Assembly: GCF_022539665.2 (NCBI RefSeq)
Contig: NC_081331.1
Coordinates: 1,054,001-1,118,000, forward strand
DNA length: 64,000 bases
Direction of reading: 5' to 3'
Origin: Daphnia carinata
Taxonomy: Eukaryota
Every line of letters starts with the position of its first letter. The stretch's first letter is position 1. Below are positions 12,111 to 26,277 of this stretch, piece by piece. A model generated the notes under the pieces. That model was not told the origin of the DNA. It was given only the letters and a program-made list of their open reading frames with translations, and did no database searches. Made by a program: the position numbers and the translations under genes.

Positions 12111-13298
12111 TTGTTTTTTTCTTGTACATAAGCAATTTTACCTTTCAAATTATCTGGTTCTGTATATTCGCCATACCAGCGTCAACTGGTACCCCCTGAC
12201 CAATTAGCACTTCTCGATGTTAGAGATTTTCCCGTGTTATTTGTACAAGGAATGACACATGATGCAAACAGGACGCTGCCGGCCTGTGGCCCAAGAAAAC
12301 TTAGATTTGGACATTCAGTATTCGCAGTTCACTATTCGACGATGCTTCAGCCTCGAAGAACCTGAACAGCCAAGCTGCTAAGTCGTCATTAAGTTATGCA
12401 AATATCCCTTCTTTCTTATGCAATTGGTTGACCAAATTTGTTAAATCATGCTTCTCGCCAAAACAAGAGGATTAAATCTGAATATAAGTATAGGGTGATT
12501 AAATGGTTAAACTATCTGACTTGCCAAAATCTGAGGAGTTAGAAAGCCTAGTTATAATTAGAGAATTGTAATTGTAAACTCTACCTCTGAATGGATACAC
12601 TCCAGAATTTCTTTTTAATTTAGTGTCATCAGAGACGGCGCAGATAACCACTTGCGCAGTAAGCATAAAAAAGACAACCACTAATCACAGGATCCAGCTT
12701 ACACAAAAATATTGCCAACTGAAACGTCCAAAAACATACAGATTTAAAACACGGTCGAGCCCAGTCACAAGCTCACATTCCGAGTTTCCCTCCCATCAAG
12801 CCTTTGCAACAATATGAAAACGATGCAGTTTTCAACGACATTGTTAGAATACGAGAGAGAACTGCAAGCTTCATAGGCTTTTTGAGATATACAAGAGGAA
12901 TGTTCGTAACCTTTGATTCAAACTGTAACAATTTGAAAACAAATTAGGGAGTTAGGGCAGAAAAGGGAAAAAAAAACACATGAAATATGGTTATTCATAT
13001 AAATCTCTGTTATCAAATCGTACATACTTTTGCTTTACTTCAATTAACTGTGTCTCAAATACGACGACCACACACAATTGCAAACACGATCGGAGTGCGG
13101 AAACGGTACTTCGTTGACCTAGAAACTATTAGAAAAGTTGACATCCAGTAACCCACCACATATGACCATTTCTTTAAATGACCAAGTGAAAATACGCATG
13201 GCGAATAATAACACAAGTATTCAAATGAATGCCGATTTCAACAGAAAATCACCAATGACCGCCAAATTTCGAATTACTATAGAAAAGATATTAAATGA

Positions 13299-14895
13299 TT
13301 ACGATTTGTAGCTGTTGGCTAAAGTCTTTGCCGCTAAAAGCAGAATATCGCGACGGGAGATTCCAGTTAGTGCCATTTGCCACTCTGTAGCAGCTACCTA
13401 AACAGACAAAATCAATGAGGATTATCATTCGTTTTTCTTCATTTTTAAGATTATCTGATTGGATGGGCCAAAACGAAAAGTAAGTTACATTAAATTCTTC
13501 AGCAACTGCTTGTCCGACAGTAACGGCAAATCCAGACTGTCGTAAGGGATAAGATTCGGTTGTACAGTTACGCATACGTGCGACGGCGTTTGCGGGGACC
13601 ATTAATGGCTGAGAAAACACCTGTATTTCAACGACAGGTTAGCATTGTCTGCTACATGTTATTTTCTGAGAGCACAATTTGCTATGTTACGAACCTGTAC
13701 GCTAATATTGCGAACAGGGTCCTCCAACAGGAGACAGTTCATTTCGAACCAACTAGAAAAGACAATACAGTCATGTTAGCAAAAAGCAAAGCAAATTATA
13801 AAGTTCGGGTTCAATCTTTCATACTTGTCACTGAAGAGTTCAACAACGAATCCCTCAACTGATACTACTGGCTGTTGAGGTGGAACGGTTCCACTACTTC
13901 GTAGGTTCTGGAAAACATACATGACTTGTACTAACTTTTTGAACCATACTATTGATTTTTAAAACAACATACCGCAATTCTTTCCCGCGCAGCTTGCAAC
14001 GCACTGGTAAATCCCACTGGTTGTGCTGCTGTGCCAACACTTTGCGATTCATAACCTCTGTAAATGAAAAGAGGTTTACATCGTTCTAATGTAAATGTTT
14101 CGGTATTTATTTACTTGACAGTTGCTTTTCCGAAAACTGTCTGGAAAGCTTCTCGGACTGAACTAAGTTTCAGTTCCTTTGTGGAGGTTACTGCAATATC
14201 AATGTCACCTCCAGAATCTAAAAAAGTAGAATTTACATTGATTGCTATTGAACGTAAAAAAAATCTAACCAAAAAAGCCAAAATTTACATATAAACTCTT
14301 TCATTTGAGGGTCCAAAGTTGTAATCATTGTATCAACTGAACTTCTAGCTTTCTCAGCCACTTTGGCTAGGATTCCTTTTCCAGGCATTGCTTCTTTCAT
14401 CCATCCAAAAAGTCCAGAACCTTTGCTTGGTTGTTCATATGGAGCATCAACAATATTTTTCTCACTTGCAGCCACAGGGCTTTCTAATACACAAATTTCC
14501 AAATCAGAAGTTGCAGCTGGAACATTATGGTGTGTTTCACCAATTTCTGCAATTGGTGATATTGGAAGCAGAATTGGAAGATTTAAACCCTGAAATAATT
14601 AAACAAATAAGTAATGCTTTATGCATTCTAAATATTTAAAATTTACAGTTTGTGATTGAAGTCCTGACTGCCCTGTAAAAAACTGAGAGTTTGCTACAGT
14701 CGGGGTGCTTGTTGTGGGAAATAGCTGCCCAGCAGGCAAAACTAAGGGGGGAGGTCCAGCCATCAAGTTAAGTGGAAGACTTGTAGGTGGATTAATCCAA
14801 GCAGGTAACGGAGTGGGACCGTCGTTTACGTTGCCTTCCTTTGGTTTGTCAACTAATTCGAATCCATTTTCTCCATCCTCTTGTTGGTTTAACAT
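13299..14895 (-). CDS. PRRC1: Protein PRRC1 (proline-rich N-terminus, C-terminal ITPase/NTPase-like domain), 8 coding exons, ~369 aa
   Basis: Exons 14895-14647, 14589-14289, 14217-14115, 14057-13973, 13907-13825, 13752-13695, 13620-13489, 13397-13299 (1110 nt). Signature stretches SSVDTMITTLDPQMKEFIYSGGDIDIAVTS, VREAFQTVFGKATV, AAQPVGF and ALTGISRRD. A probable 5'UTR intron lies at 14920-15030. Confidence 0.92.
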
Positions 14896-15102
14896 GTTTT
14901 TAACAGTGTGACGATCGGTCTAGTTTCATAGAAAAAGACTTTAAGAAACCTAAAGACCTTCCAACTTCAAGAAAAACAAAGCGTAGGGAATAAGACGTAC
15001 GTATCTACCTTGTGTGGTAAAATAACATACCTTCCTCCTGACACCAGATAAACAACACGAATACAAATTTGACCAACGTCATGGAATTATTTCAAGCTTA
15101 GG

Positions 15103-15110
15103 TATCGATA
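15103..15110. promoter_or_regulatory. DRE (TATCGATA) core-promoter element upstream of PRRC1
   Basis: Exact TATCGATA ~70 nt upstream of the inferred PRRC1 5'UTR donor at 15030. DRE is typical of arthropod housekeeping promoters, but an 8-mer can occur by chance. Confidence 0.45.
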
Positions 15111-18100
15111 GATAAAAGTGATACAGGTTACTCGATACAATATACAACGGACAAATTCTTATGTAACATATAGCACTGTAGCTTGCGATAATTGCCATTT
15201 AAAGTTATTGTTTAGCGTAGTACAGATTATCAATGCTGAGAATTGTTACATCAATGTTAATTGGTCTTCCGTATATATGAGCGACCTTTTCTGCAGGCCT
15301 ACACAAAATAACTAGCGTGCAACATTATGTTTACAATTCAATGAATGGGGGCAGTCGAGCTCAGGCATGGATAAATATAAATTATGGTCCATACATATGT
15401 ACGATCCTTTCCATATTGGCAAAATTTGTCATCCATGAGAGAAAACCAGGGGGGGGATCAAAGATGTGAATGTGTTCTTGAAATATTTTGCATGGGACTC
15501 TGCCTTTACAATATTTATGTTTCTGAATCTACAAACGATTTTTGTTAGATGCTTTATTAGGAATTGAAAGAGATTACTAGGTAAGCAGCGATGACATTTC
15601 AAGACATCTCCAAAATTTGTTTTTCCGCCTACCACCAAGCTAGTAGGTTTATTACCTATTCGTCTTAGGCGGAGAAGAAAAGATTCTTTTCGTTGGACAA
15701 ATTAAAGTGTCATCTTAAGCACAAGAACCGCTTTTGCAATACGATTCAAGGTAGCTCGAGGAGCAGACGCAAACCGTCTGAGGACATTGGTGTTTGCCTT
15801 GAACGACGAAGTCATAATTACTTTCGTACAGGACCTTGGATAGAGTCGATTTCAGCGGATTTCATCGTCTTATGGCGAAGATTTTGTGAAACAACTAGGG
15901 GAAAAGGAAGAATGAGTAATACATACAGTGTGTCTCAGCACTAACCTGGTGTGTGCCTAACATGTTCTGACTTTGCTCATTTTGTTTAAATGTTGAGGTC
16001 ACTCAAGTCTTCCTTTCATGGTTTACACACATGTACAAGCATGTTCCAATAAACGCATACAAAAATAATGAAACAAAATTGCTAAATCATAACACTTGAC
16101 GGAAAATTAATATTAACCTTTACTTGTTGTCCTGCATTAATGCAATCCTTAGATACAGTCACAAATGTTGCTGCTTTCAGTGTTCAAATGAATAAATGTA
16201 GCAATATATAAAAAGGCTCTTTCCCAGAGCCTTTACAGGCACCATCTAGAGAATAAACGCGAGGTGTTAAAGGAAAGACATCGAAAATGGACATAAGTAA
16301 ACTGAGGCTGGATGACGCTAGAATAACTATCCACAGTGTATACAGAAAGTATCTAATCGAGGTCCCATACATTTTGCACGTGTATTTTCGTTTTGCAAGA
16401 AACTCATTTCATACTTACGGTGAAGTGTAATTTGCATTTTTCTTGCTGGTTTTTCTTTTCTGGCCTATAACAACCAGCGGCACGAACATTTGGAGGCGGA
16501 AAAGTAGCAACAGCGTTAATGACACTCGTTTTCACAAAAAATCAACGCACCACACTTCCATTTGTTTAAAGCTTTTAGATCATGTAAGGTAGCTAAGCTA
16601 AAATCAGCACACCGATTGTTATTATTCCGTCTCGATAAAAGGAAAGATCATCTTGTAACTGTTTAAGGTCACCGTGATCGAATATTTCCGTAAAGAATTG
16701 TAGTTTGCCATTCAAAAGTAGATTATTCTGAAGTGAATGTAAGTGTTTATCTCTACTGGTAGAGTAATAAATGATGATGCCACTTTGTGCGGTCATTCAG
16801 CTTAAAGTGCGTATAATTATTAATACAATTGATCTTAAATAAATAAAGGTCTTAGCAGCACCTGACCTTTATGATAGGTAGTGGATTGTGCTGGGCTGTT
16901 TGTGCATTTTTGAGATCGCAATATGCGGTCATCACTAGTAGACATGTAGCGAGTATTTCCTCGTCCTATATATATGGGATGCTTCTTTAAATGTCGTGGT
17001 TTCTGCTTTCTTCCTGATACGTAAGCGAAGCGCAGCATGACTACCAATATGAAAGATGATGTCGATTTGTACAATGGCCGGGTTGACCTTTTATTGGCCT
17101 TTTCAAACATCATTTATCCCCGAAATACGATATATCCGTAGAAAACTGGATTGGGAGTTAGCAAGCCAATACAGAATCTAATTTGAGTGCCACTCATGTC
17201 AAGCGACCCGTCAAGAAAACTCGGAAAACTAACTAGATATTATAAGATTTAAAAAAAAAAAAAAAAAAAGAACAAAGTACTATACGTGGCATCGACTGAT
17301 GGGGGTTGCGTTAGGAACACGTCACTTAGCGAATATTGTCGTTATAAATGAGGCAGAGAGGGGAGCATACATAAAAGGTTTTATAGTGCGTCAAAGATCA
17401 GGAGGAGAGGACAATGGGACTCGTCATGTCAGTCGTTGATGTTGTCCCAATATATACTTCGCAAAGTTAATTTGGATATTTTAGGATGATTTATAATATT
17501 GTTTCTATGGTCGACGAACCGCCAGTTTATTATATTACGTATGTCTAATAGGATTGACATTTGATGTGTCTACATGTATACACAGAAGCATCGTCAACTG
17601 TGTGATATGCAACCGCAAACATATAAGCAATATTTGAATTTCGTGGCTTATTTCTTGACCGGTCCCATCACAGTTTTTCTGTTATCCTTTTGACGTATAC
17701 ATTTACTGCTTCTGGCAGCTCATTTGTTCCTTTTTTCTTCACATTTTGATGACATGACATGCAGCAAAAAAAAAAAAAGACATCCAGTCCGTATAGGACT
17801 AATGATAGACCGATCAGAAACTTGACGCCTCACGTCGTTCGATATTTCGATAAGCTCGTCTTTCACTGTACTGTTTGCGCATGCTGTCCACGTCTTTATC
17901 ACTTTGAGCTGCAAATCTATCGCTTAATAACTAGGAAAAGTATATAGATAGATACATTGCGTCACGGTCTACTTTGCGTTTGGTGAACTTCAAACGAAAT
18001 CGCGAAAGCAAAATGTACGAAGAACGGAGACAAATCAAAGACCAGCTTCAAAGACTGACCCTTTCTTTCTTTTTTTGCATCTCATAAAACCTGGTGACCA

Positions 18101-21100
18101 GAATAATAATGAAGTGGATGCTTTATTCCAAATAGTGGCAACCTCGAAAGATCTCTTCCGAAAATTTTTTTTTTTTTTTTAAATATTTGTATAGAATACC
18201 AGAGAGCGCAGCTAACTAAATGCACAGCATAAATCGTCAATCTAATGTTGTGCGTCTGCCGAATTAGATGACGATGAGTGGAAGATGAAATAATTAACTA
18301 AAAGTTTTCTTATTGAAAATATGTTTGTGTGAATACAGATCCTTGTTTTTCCTGCTTACGTCATTCTCCGTGACGCATGCATATACGATTGCATACTAAG
18401 CTGTGTTTGCAGCCCACATCTAGTCTCATAAATACGTATTCGATGTCTGCTGTTTTTGTTTTCATTTATACATTCCCAACATACATACGTTGGTTGACTG
18501 TCAATGGGTGTGCAAATCATAAATTTTTTTCCTCTTTGCCGTCTGGAAATTCCATGGATCCAGCGCTAAATCGAGGTGCTTCTCGGAGAATGGCGAAATA
18601 AAAAACCCGGCAAATATAAATGGGCCTTTTAGCCAAATAGCAGCACACAAAAGAACAATGATGAAGAACCGTTGCTTACGTTAAACTTTACTGAAGTGGG
18701 GACTTCAAAACAATGAACTTGTTTACCACTAATCAAGAAACCGTTAAAGGTATGTACTATACATCTGTTACCCCAGCTGCGCAGCTGTAGTATCGCTTAA
18801 CACAAAAGGAATTGCATGGGCTGTTTCAATTGCCATTTTTTTAAAGCCATGAAATTCGAACAGGCGTGCCGGAAAACCTTTATGCATTTTTTAAACAGAT
18901 TTTTTACACTTCCCACGTGTCTATTATAACGCATAAGTGAATTGTTAGTGTCATTTACCATATGGGCAGGCCCGGTATTTTATGGAACATAACTTGATTT
19001 TTCGCCTTACTGTTAAAAAAAAAAGGATCATTCATCATTTTTTGCGTCGAGAGCAGATGTCATCCAACAATTCATATTTTTTCATGTTGTTAAAAATAGT
19101 TGAAGGAATTATGACGTCAACCGATAAATCTTTGAGTTTGGTAGTTGGGCATCGTCTATTAATAAAAAGCGGCAATATACAGCACTATAAGGATATTTCG
19201 TCGATTCGCTGGCAATAAAAATATTATCTGATGGTCGTTTTGCAGTGTTACCTCTTATTATATTTTCATCTACAGCGAAAAAAAGAGGAGCATAGAGAGT
19301 AATACGAGTGCTGCTAAAGCCATTCGTTCAATTTCATACATAAATATCCGCGTCTGCTGCTGCGAGGAATTCCAATATCAAAAATTCTCAGATATCTACG
19401 TTCACGTGTTTTACATGACCAAGAAGGATGGGCGTGGGCGTAATCTTTCTATTGCTGCGTGCGCTTTCGAAACAGCCGTCTGTCGATATTATTATAGACC
19501 TGCACATGCCTTACTCGATATATAGATATATATATAGCTAATAGCAATGCAGTTTTATCTTGTTTAAATTCCTTGCGTTTTTTCATATAAAGCTTTATAA
19601 TATTTTTTGTTACCCAGTCTGAAGTGGTTCTCTCGGTCAGCCACAACGATCATTCGTTCGTTGGAAGAAGGAAAAGATGTGCGTTTTATTGCTTTTCTTA
19701 AATGATGTGGTAATCGCAACAACAAGCTTTCGATACGGCTATTTTGTAAGGTAACATATCGTTACAATTGTTTCCTCACAGTTAACGATAGTGGCAATGA
19801 AACATCAAACCGAGCTCACTTTCGTCAATTATGAAATTCTAGTGTGATGCATACGTAACCGCTATAATCCCTATTTTAAGACAGAGTTATATCTAGAGTT
19901 TGTGACACGATAGTATATAGCTGCCTACTTTATAGAGGCTAGTCGAGTCACAAGAGATGGTGGTCGGTTTGATACAAATTCGATGCGCGTTTGAAAAGTC
20001 CTAAAAATAGCCAATTAAGAATAGGGTATCGAAGATTCTTGTCATGCCAACATCTCCGTGCGACAACAAAGAAAGGTCAAATTAGGGACACTGGGTATGA
20101 CAACGTGCCGATTGATACTCTTTTGTTAAATCATTGCGTCTATCTAGAGGTCTACGTATATGAAATACAAAAAGCTGGACACCGCGTCAATGAGTCGAGC
20201 GTACCCAAAGCTCTACAGAAATCTAATATTCAGACTTGCTGATGGGGCATCACAGCTGCGGGAAAAAGGTCATACAAAGCACGTATACAGATGAATTTTT
20301 ACTGAAGGACAAGAAACGGATCGTATCGACTCACTTTCAACGCAATAGGCGACAAACCTATTTATGAGGTGCCAAGATTTAGTCTACCAATTAGAAATGG
20401 GACCGACGAAATTCACTGCCCATCACAGTCATTTCGATAAATGTTGTAATATTGGTTTTTTCTTGTAGGTGAAATGCACTGGAGCCGCAATGACGCATCA
20501 AATTGCAGTCAGTGAAAGAGCTAGAAGATTGAGAAAATCCGTAGTTGCGCACGTCAGCATAGCAATAAGTGCATACAGCAAAGACGTACACAAGCACCTT
20601 TGATACATTCAGATTTACGATGGCGATGCACCTGTCTACCATACTGAACAAGAATTTTTTATTTCTTCAATATTTACGTTTATCGATACTATCGAAGTGC
20701 GTGGGACGAAGAGAACAAGGAATTCGTTCTTTTCTTTGTACACCATTTAGTTTGATTTTATTGTTCTTTAATAGGTTTGCTCACCTTCGTCATCAAATTA
20801 CGTTTGAATTTATTCAAGAATCAAGTATACATATTTCTAGAAGTGCAGCGTATCAGATTTTCTGTCATTATAATCTCTATACAATTTAGGAAGAGGGGCG
20901 ACTCAGATGCCACTATTACACTCGTGTCACTTCTTTTGATTCTTCTGTCGGTGTAATAGATCTGATGTCAACCACCGAAGCGTGCTGAACGTGCAGCAGA
21001 CGAATAGTTCAAGGAAAAAAAAACGGATTGACAACAGATAAAGATGAAAAAAAGAGAAAAATTAATTGCGTTTCAACAGCTCCAGTCATTCGTTCGTTTT

Positions 21101-24100
21101 TTTCATCGTTTGAAAATGAGTTGATAGTAGAGGATGTACTCGTGAAGAGCAAATGTCTTTGATGCTTCCTGTCATCATATGTATACCTGATGAGCTTCAT
21201 ATATTCTATATACAGCAGCTAATGAATATCCACTTTATAGATGCCCTAGTCTCCAATCTTTTTTTTACTACACTTCTTTCACATTTGATTTCTTATAAGG
21301 GCACCGCTGCATAGCCGTCGTCACTCTTTGGGCATCATCATCCCCACTTTGAAATTCAAATAGGTCAAATAAGAGAAGGATGGACGTGAATTTCATAACA
21401 CACCATAGGTTTGACAGGGAAGATAGCGAACATATTAATTAGGAGCAAAGAATAACTCTCCGACACATCTTCACGTGAAACCTCTTTTCTTCCCTCTCTG
21501 TGTATTACATCCGTATATAACCTATATACGAATATAAACATTTCATCCGTTACTTTATTAACGGGTAACGACAAAGTCAGGATGAGTTGCAAAGATGGCC
21601 ACCGTACGGCTGTTTGTGACAACGATTTGTGGCCAAAGCGATAAAGAAATCACAAACGGACCATCGCTATCTATGTGAACTGTCTTCTGGAAGAAATAGA
21701 CTATAAGCCATTAAAATATAGTCCGCGAAAAGCGTTCAAGTATTTGATTAGTTTTCATAGAGAAAAAACCCAGTTGCCCTCTTTTGCTTGCTGTAACTCT
21801 AAAAAACATGTTAGCATAGCAAGGGGAAATTGAAACGAAAAGCGTGTTCATATCGCAAGCAAAAAAAGCAATAAAACGAAGTTTTATTAGTCTCTGTCTA
21901 TATAAATGAATAAAAGGGAATCTATATTCTTTCTTGCCCCCTATATATTTGCATTACGAGCAAGTCACGGCAAATATATAGGGAGGGCCAACTATACACG
22001 AAAAAAACGGGGGCGAACGAAAACGATTTGCGTTCAAGTGGATTCGTCCATGTGGAAAAAAAAGGGCTAGCATCAGCAGAAAGAATGAGAATCATCTAAA
22101 GCGTTTGCCCTATATTTATATATAAAGTACAGGACAAAAGACGGAGAAAAAGAAAATGGTTATCGTAAAGTAGACTTGCGGTTTTATGGCCGGGCCGTTT
22201 GACTGGGTTGACAAGTGACGGGTATCAAATCAATACATATATTTTTTTGTGTGTTACTTTGTATTTATTACCTACAATCAATATGACGTACCCGTAAAAA
22301 TCTGAAAATATATGAGCGGATGATTTACTAATACACTGTTGTAAATGACCGAAGCATTGACAGCCAACAATTCAACAGCCCCTCCATTTCATAAGAAGAG
22401 GGTAGATATGAAAAGAAAAACCGCCTATAGGACAAGCCCGATGTATGGAGTGTCTATACTTGATATTGTCTGAGATATTGGAGCTATACGTCCTTCGTGC
22501 TTACCCTTTCCTTTCAATACAACAGCTGTACGTATTCGTTTATATGGACACTGACCCCAACAATAAAATGGTGCAAGCTGAACGTACATACACTGATAGA
22601 AAACGTCAATGAGCTATACCGAGTCTTGCTTACGTTTGCCACCCTCGACTATGTTTTTTTCAAACACGATACAAAAAATTCGTTCGTGGTATTTGCTTGC
22701 ACGAATAGAAAGCTCGCAGTATCTTATTAAAGAAAAATGGATTCTATATCTGTGCTTACCTTGTTCTCGACTCGTGCACCTGCACTGCTTTCGTTTGGCC
22801 CGAACTTGGTCAGTTGCGACGAGGGGATCACTTGAGTGGGCAGTTATAAAAACTGTGCCTTTTAAAGTTATGAAACAGCTTGTTAAGTTAAGTGCAGACT
22901 AAAAGAATCACAACAGTTGTGCTTTTCAATTGTCTTGTACTAGGCTCACTGGAGGCAAAGAGAAATAGAGGAATTGCACTATTCATGCTATGCTGCACAA
23001 GTGCCAGCTTAAGGCAGACTGCTGGCCTTGTAGACATTATGGAAAGAGAAAATGAAAAGGTAAGTTGCCTACGTAGATATTTAGTTACCCTTCCCTTCAG
23101 TTTCGATATTTGGTTGAAACTACCGAAATAAGAGGTAAAGAAAGCATCGGTGAGATAAAGGGATAGGCAACTACCTGAAGCAATCGTACAGGTGGCGCCC
23201 AAAACACAAAAACAGCCTGAAATGCTTACGGACATTTTTCATATATACGTCACCCATTTTCTAAAATTTTGTGGATTAAAACAAACCTCTTTATTTTAAA
23301 TTTCTTAGATAAAGAAGGTCGTATGAGAAAATGTTGAAGATCAAAGCTCGATGATTACTGAGATTGCATAACCCAGATAGTGAACGATAGTTTCGGCTAT
23401 GGCATTTCACTCGATTCATACGCCGGAATGATGGTAGTGGTGTATAGACAGAGCGCACAATAAACGTAGAAGCTACAATAGCGTGTTAGGAGTCCATCTC
23501 TATCTTTTCAGACTTCGGGCAGAACACAAAAGGTCACAAAATTTACATCAAAATGTATGCGCTATACATGTCTCAACTGACGAACATGATGCTATTTCTG
23601 AATAAGAAGATCGTGTTGTGTACTTAGGGAAACCGTTGCAACGTGTACAACATGTTGAAATGTTGAACTAATGAGCTGGAACAATAAAATGAGGTCCTTT
23701 TAAGTATCTCAAGCGTTAGATAAGCCGCAATAAAACACATGAATATACATAGACTAAAAATGACATCTTTACGGCTGTTATTTCTTTAAGGTGTTAAGCC
23801 TCCAAAAGCAGCTGTCCTTTTCTGTTTCAAACCGATGGCCCCATGGTGCTATCTATACAATAATATGCTCAAGTGTTATTCTGTTTAACGTCAGCGCCAA
23901 ATGTTCGCAGCCCGGAATACTTTATACACGATCGACTTATTCTAGCTTTAATGGCGGTATAATTTATCCCGACTTTGTACGAGTAATCCCTCACCATAAG
24001 CTGGATGCATGAGCATTCTTCTTACCTATATGTTTTGTTTTATCCCCCATCAGTTTAGTTATCTTAGCCTCAATGATACAAAGACATCCATTCTAATACT

Positions 24101-26247
24101 TTTAGAGTATAAATTAAAATACGACGATGGGTTATAATGTTGAATGTGTGCTATAATCAGATAATAATCAGCAAAGGGTATACCAGAAACGGCCACACGT
24201 CATCTATGCGCAAGAAAAGTAACACAATACTTCAATAACCTCACCCATTTTCAACATATAGTCGCTATTACGATGTATATACGAAACGCTTGTAATAATC
24301 GTGCGCCTTATTAGGAGCTTACGTACATGATGGGGCATGGCTCGTAAATAGCAACAGAGGCCTCATACTCTTAAGGAAAGAAACTAGACAAATATTGATC
24401 TGATATAGCAAGCATTTAGCGAAAGAGAGGCCCAAGTAACAACGACCAAAGATATTGTTGTCAACGAACGATGCACGCTGTGCGTTCTGCTAAAACATTC
24501 AATGTGAATATAGGGGGAAGCGGAAAAAATCTATACATCAGCGCATCGTCACACGATGATGATGATGTGCCAAACTATGTCCATTACCTTTTGTTACATG
24601 GCTTAAGCCTTGGTTACCAAACGATGGAATGGAAACATGGAACAGCTTCTGTTATTGGCCTACGAACATCAGCGAAGACGCTCGTGCATCCAAGAGTCAT
24701 AAATAAAACGAAAAATTTCAATGGAAAAATTACAAGTTTTTTTTGCTCGTGTGTCTACAGCACGTCTGCAAAATGACAAGCGCTTGATTAATGAAGTGGA
24801 GTTCATGAGAAATCGATAAATGACGATGTAATAGACGAAGATGGTAAACACATTTTTTACAATACAAAGAAAATTCAAAGCAAGTTGGGCTCCGTTAGTT
24901 ATAAAATAATGGTCGAAATCATCTTGTTTCCATTGGCTCCATGCATAACCTTAGCTTTAGTTTTAATTTAGCTCTTTCGTTAGCCACATGTGCTAAAAAA
25001 CAGCTTTAAAATTAAACAATATTGTTTCTGCGTGTGTCATTACAGTTTATCGTATAGGACAGCCGCTAGACGATCTGACAGCAGCACAGGAATCTTTTTT
25101 TTTTATATGGTTGAACGTTAGCCTTGCGCAATCTGATATTTGCTGCTGACATGGCTCTCATTTTATTTCCTTCCCTAAATATATATATATATATACGCTT
25201 CTGGTGTACATGGTCGATGTAATAGCCAGCATTTATACTGGCTCACCCCTTATATAAACGGGCCTGGACTCGAGCAGATTAGAGATTCAATACCTTATTG
25301 CTTCTCGCTGCTATAGCGAAAGCGAGAGTTGGAATGGCAAGCTGAGAGAGAGACCCAGTGACGTTACTTTATTCAAGGCTAGGCTGCTACTGGCACCACA
25401 CAAGCTGTTTTTGCTGTTGTTACTGCATGCTACTGCCCTTGGTGCGTACGTCTCTCTGCTGGCGTTTGCTCTATTCACATCTATAACATGACCCATCATA
25501 TCTGTTCTATAAATCCTCCACGTAGACACTGTCGGCCGCCCTATATTTTCTAATATAAAGCTTTATGTATTCGATTTATATATATATAGGCTAGATGGAG
25601 TGTTGGCTGCCCTTGTTTGATACCACGCTCCTATATATAGCATTAAATGATTACATATTTTTATACGATGTTGTTTGATGGGCCCTTTTCTTCATGTCGT
25701 TCTTCAATTGCTGCCGAATAGACAGAACGCAAGCTGTAGCTATATATATACTGCGTGGCTTTGCGGGTGTCTTCCATGATGGACGTCCACGAGCAAAAAC
25801 CAAGAGAGAGGACATCAAAAAGGAGACGTAATGACGTCGTAAGAGATTCTCATGGCGAACCCTATGCCCTCACATCAGTAGAAGATTCAGATTAGCGATG
25901 ATTAAACTCTTGTTTGTTATTTATTCATTCAGTGTGGATTCAACTTCTTGGGTCTGCTTCTTTTTGTGTGGGAGCGGTGTTCTCCTCCTGTTGTTTCAGC
26001 GTCATGAATATCTACGTCTTTGATTATTTGCAATCACTGCGCAGTTTTTATAAAGGAAAATGCGTCACGTATTTCCTTTTGAAATGAAAAGGCATCGACT
26101 TTGTCGTTGGCAACGACGGCCAATCGAAGAAATGTAAAATAAATGGAATTCAGCGAACGCGGAGAATCACATATTTTATTCGATAGGTATAAAATGTTTG
26201 GAAACATTACGATTACCTTGCGCTTTTACCTATTAAATACGTACTGA

Positions 26248-26277
26248 GGCTGAATGCAAAACGGCTGAATGCAAAAC
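26248..26277. repeat. Perfect 15-bp tandem duplication GGCTGAATGCAAAAC x2
   Basis: Direct reading of the sequence. Confidence 0.85.

Noticed and set aside
18774..18787. 14-bp perfect palindrome CAGCTGCGCAGCTG (and GTTTAACGTTAAAC near 32131)
   Set aside because: A few palindromes of this length are expected by chance in 64 kb.
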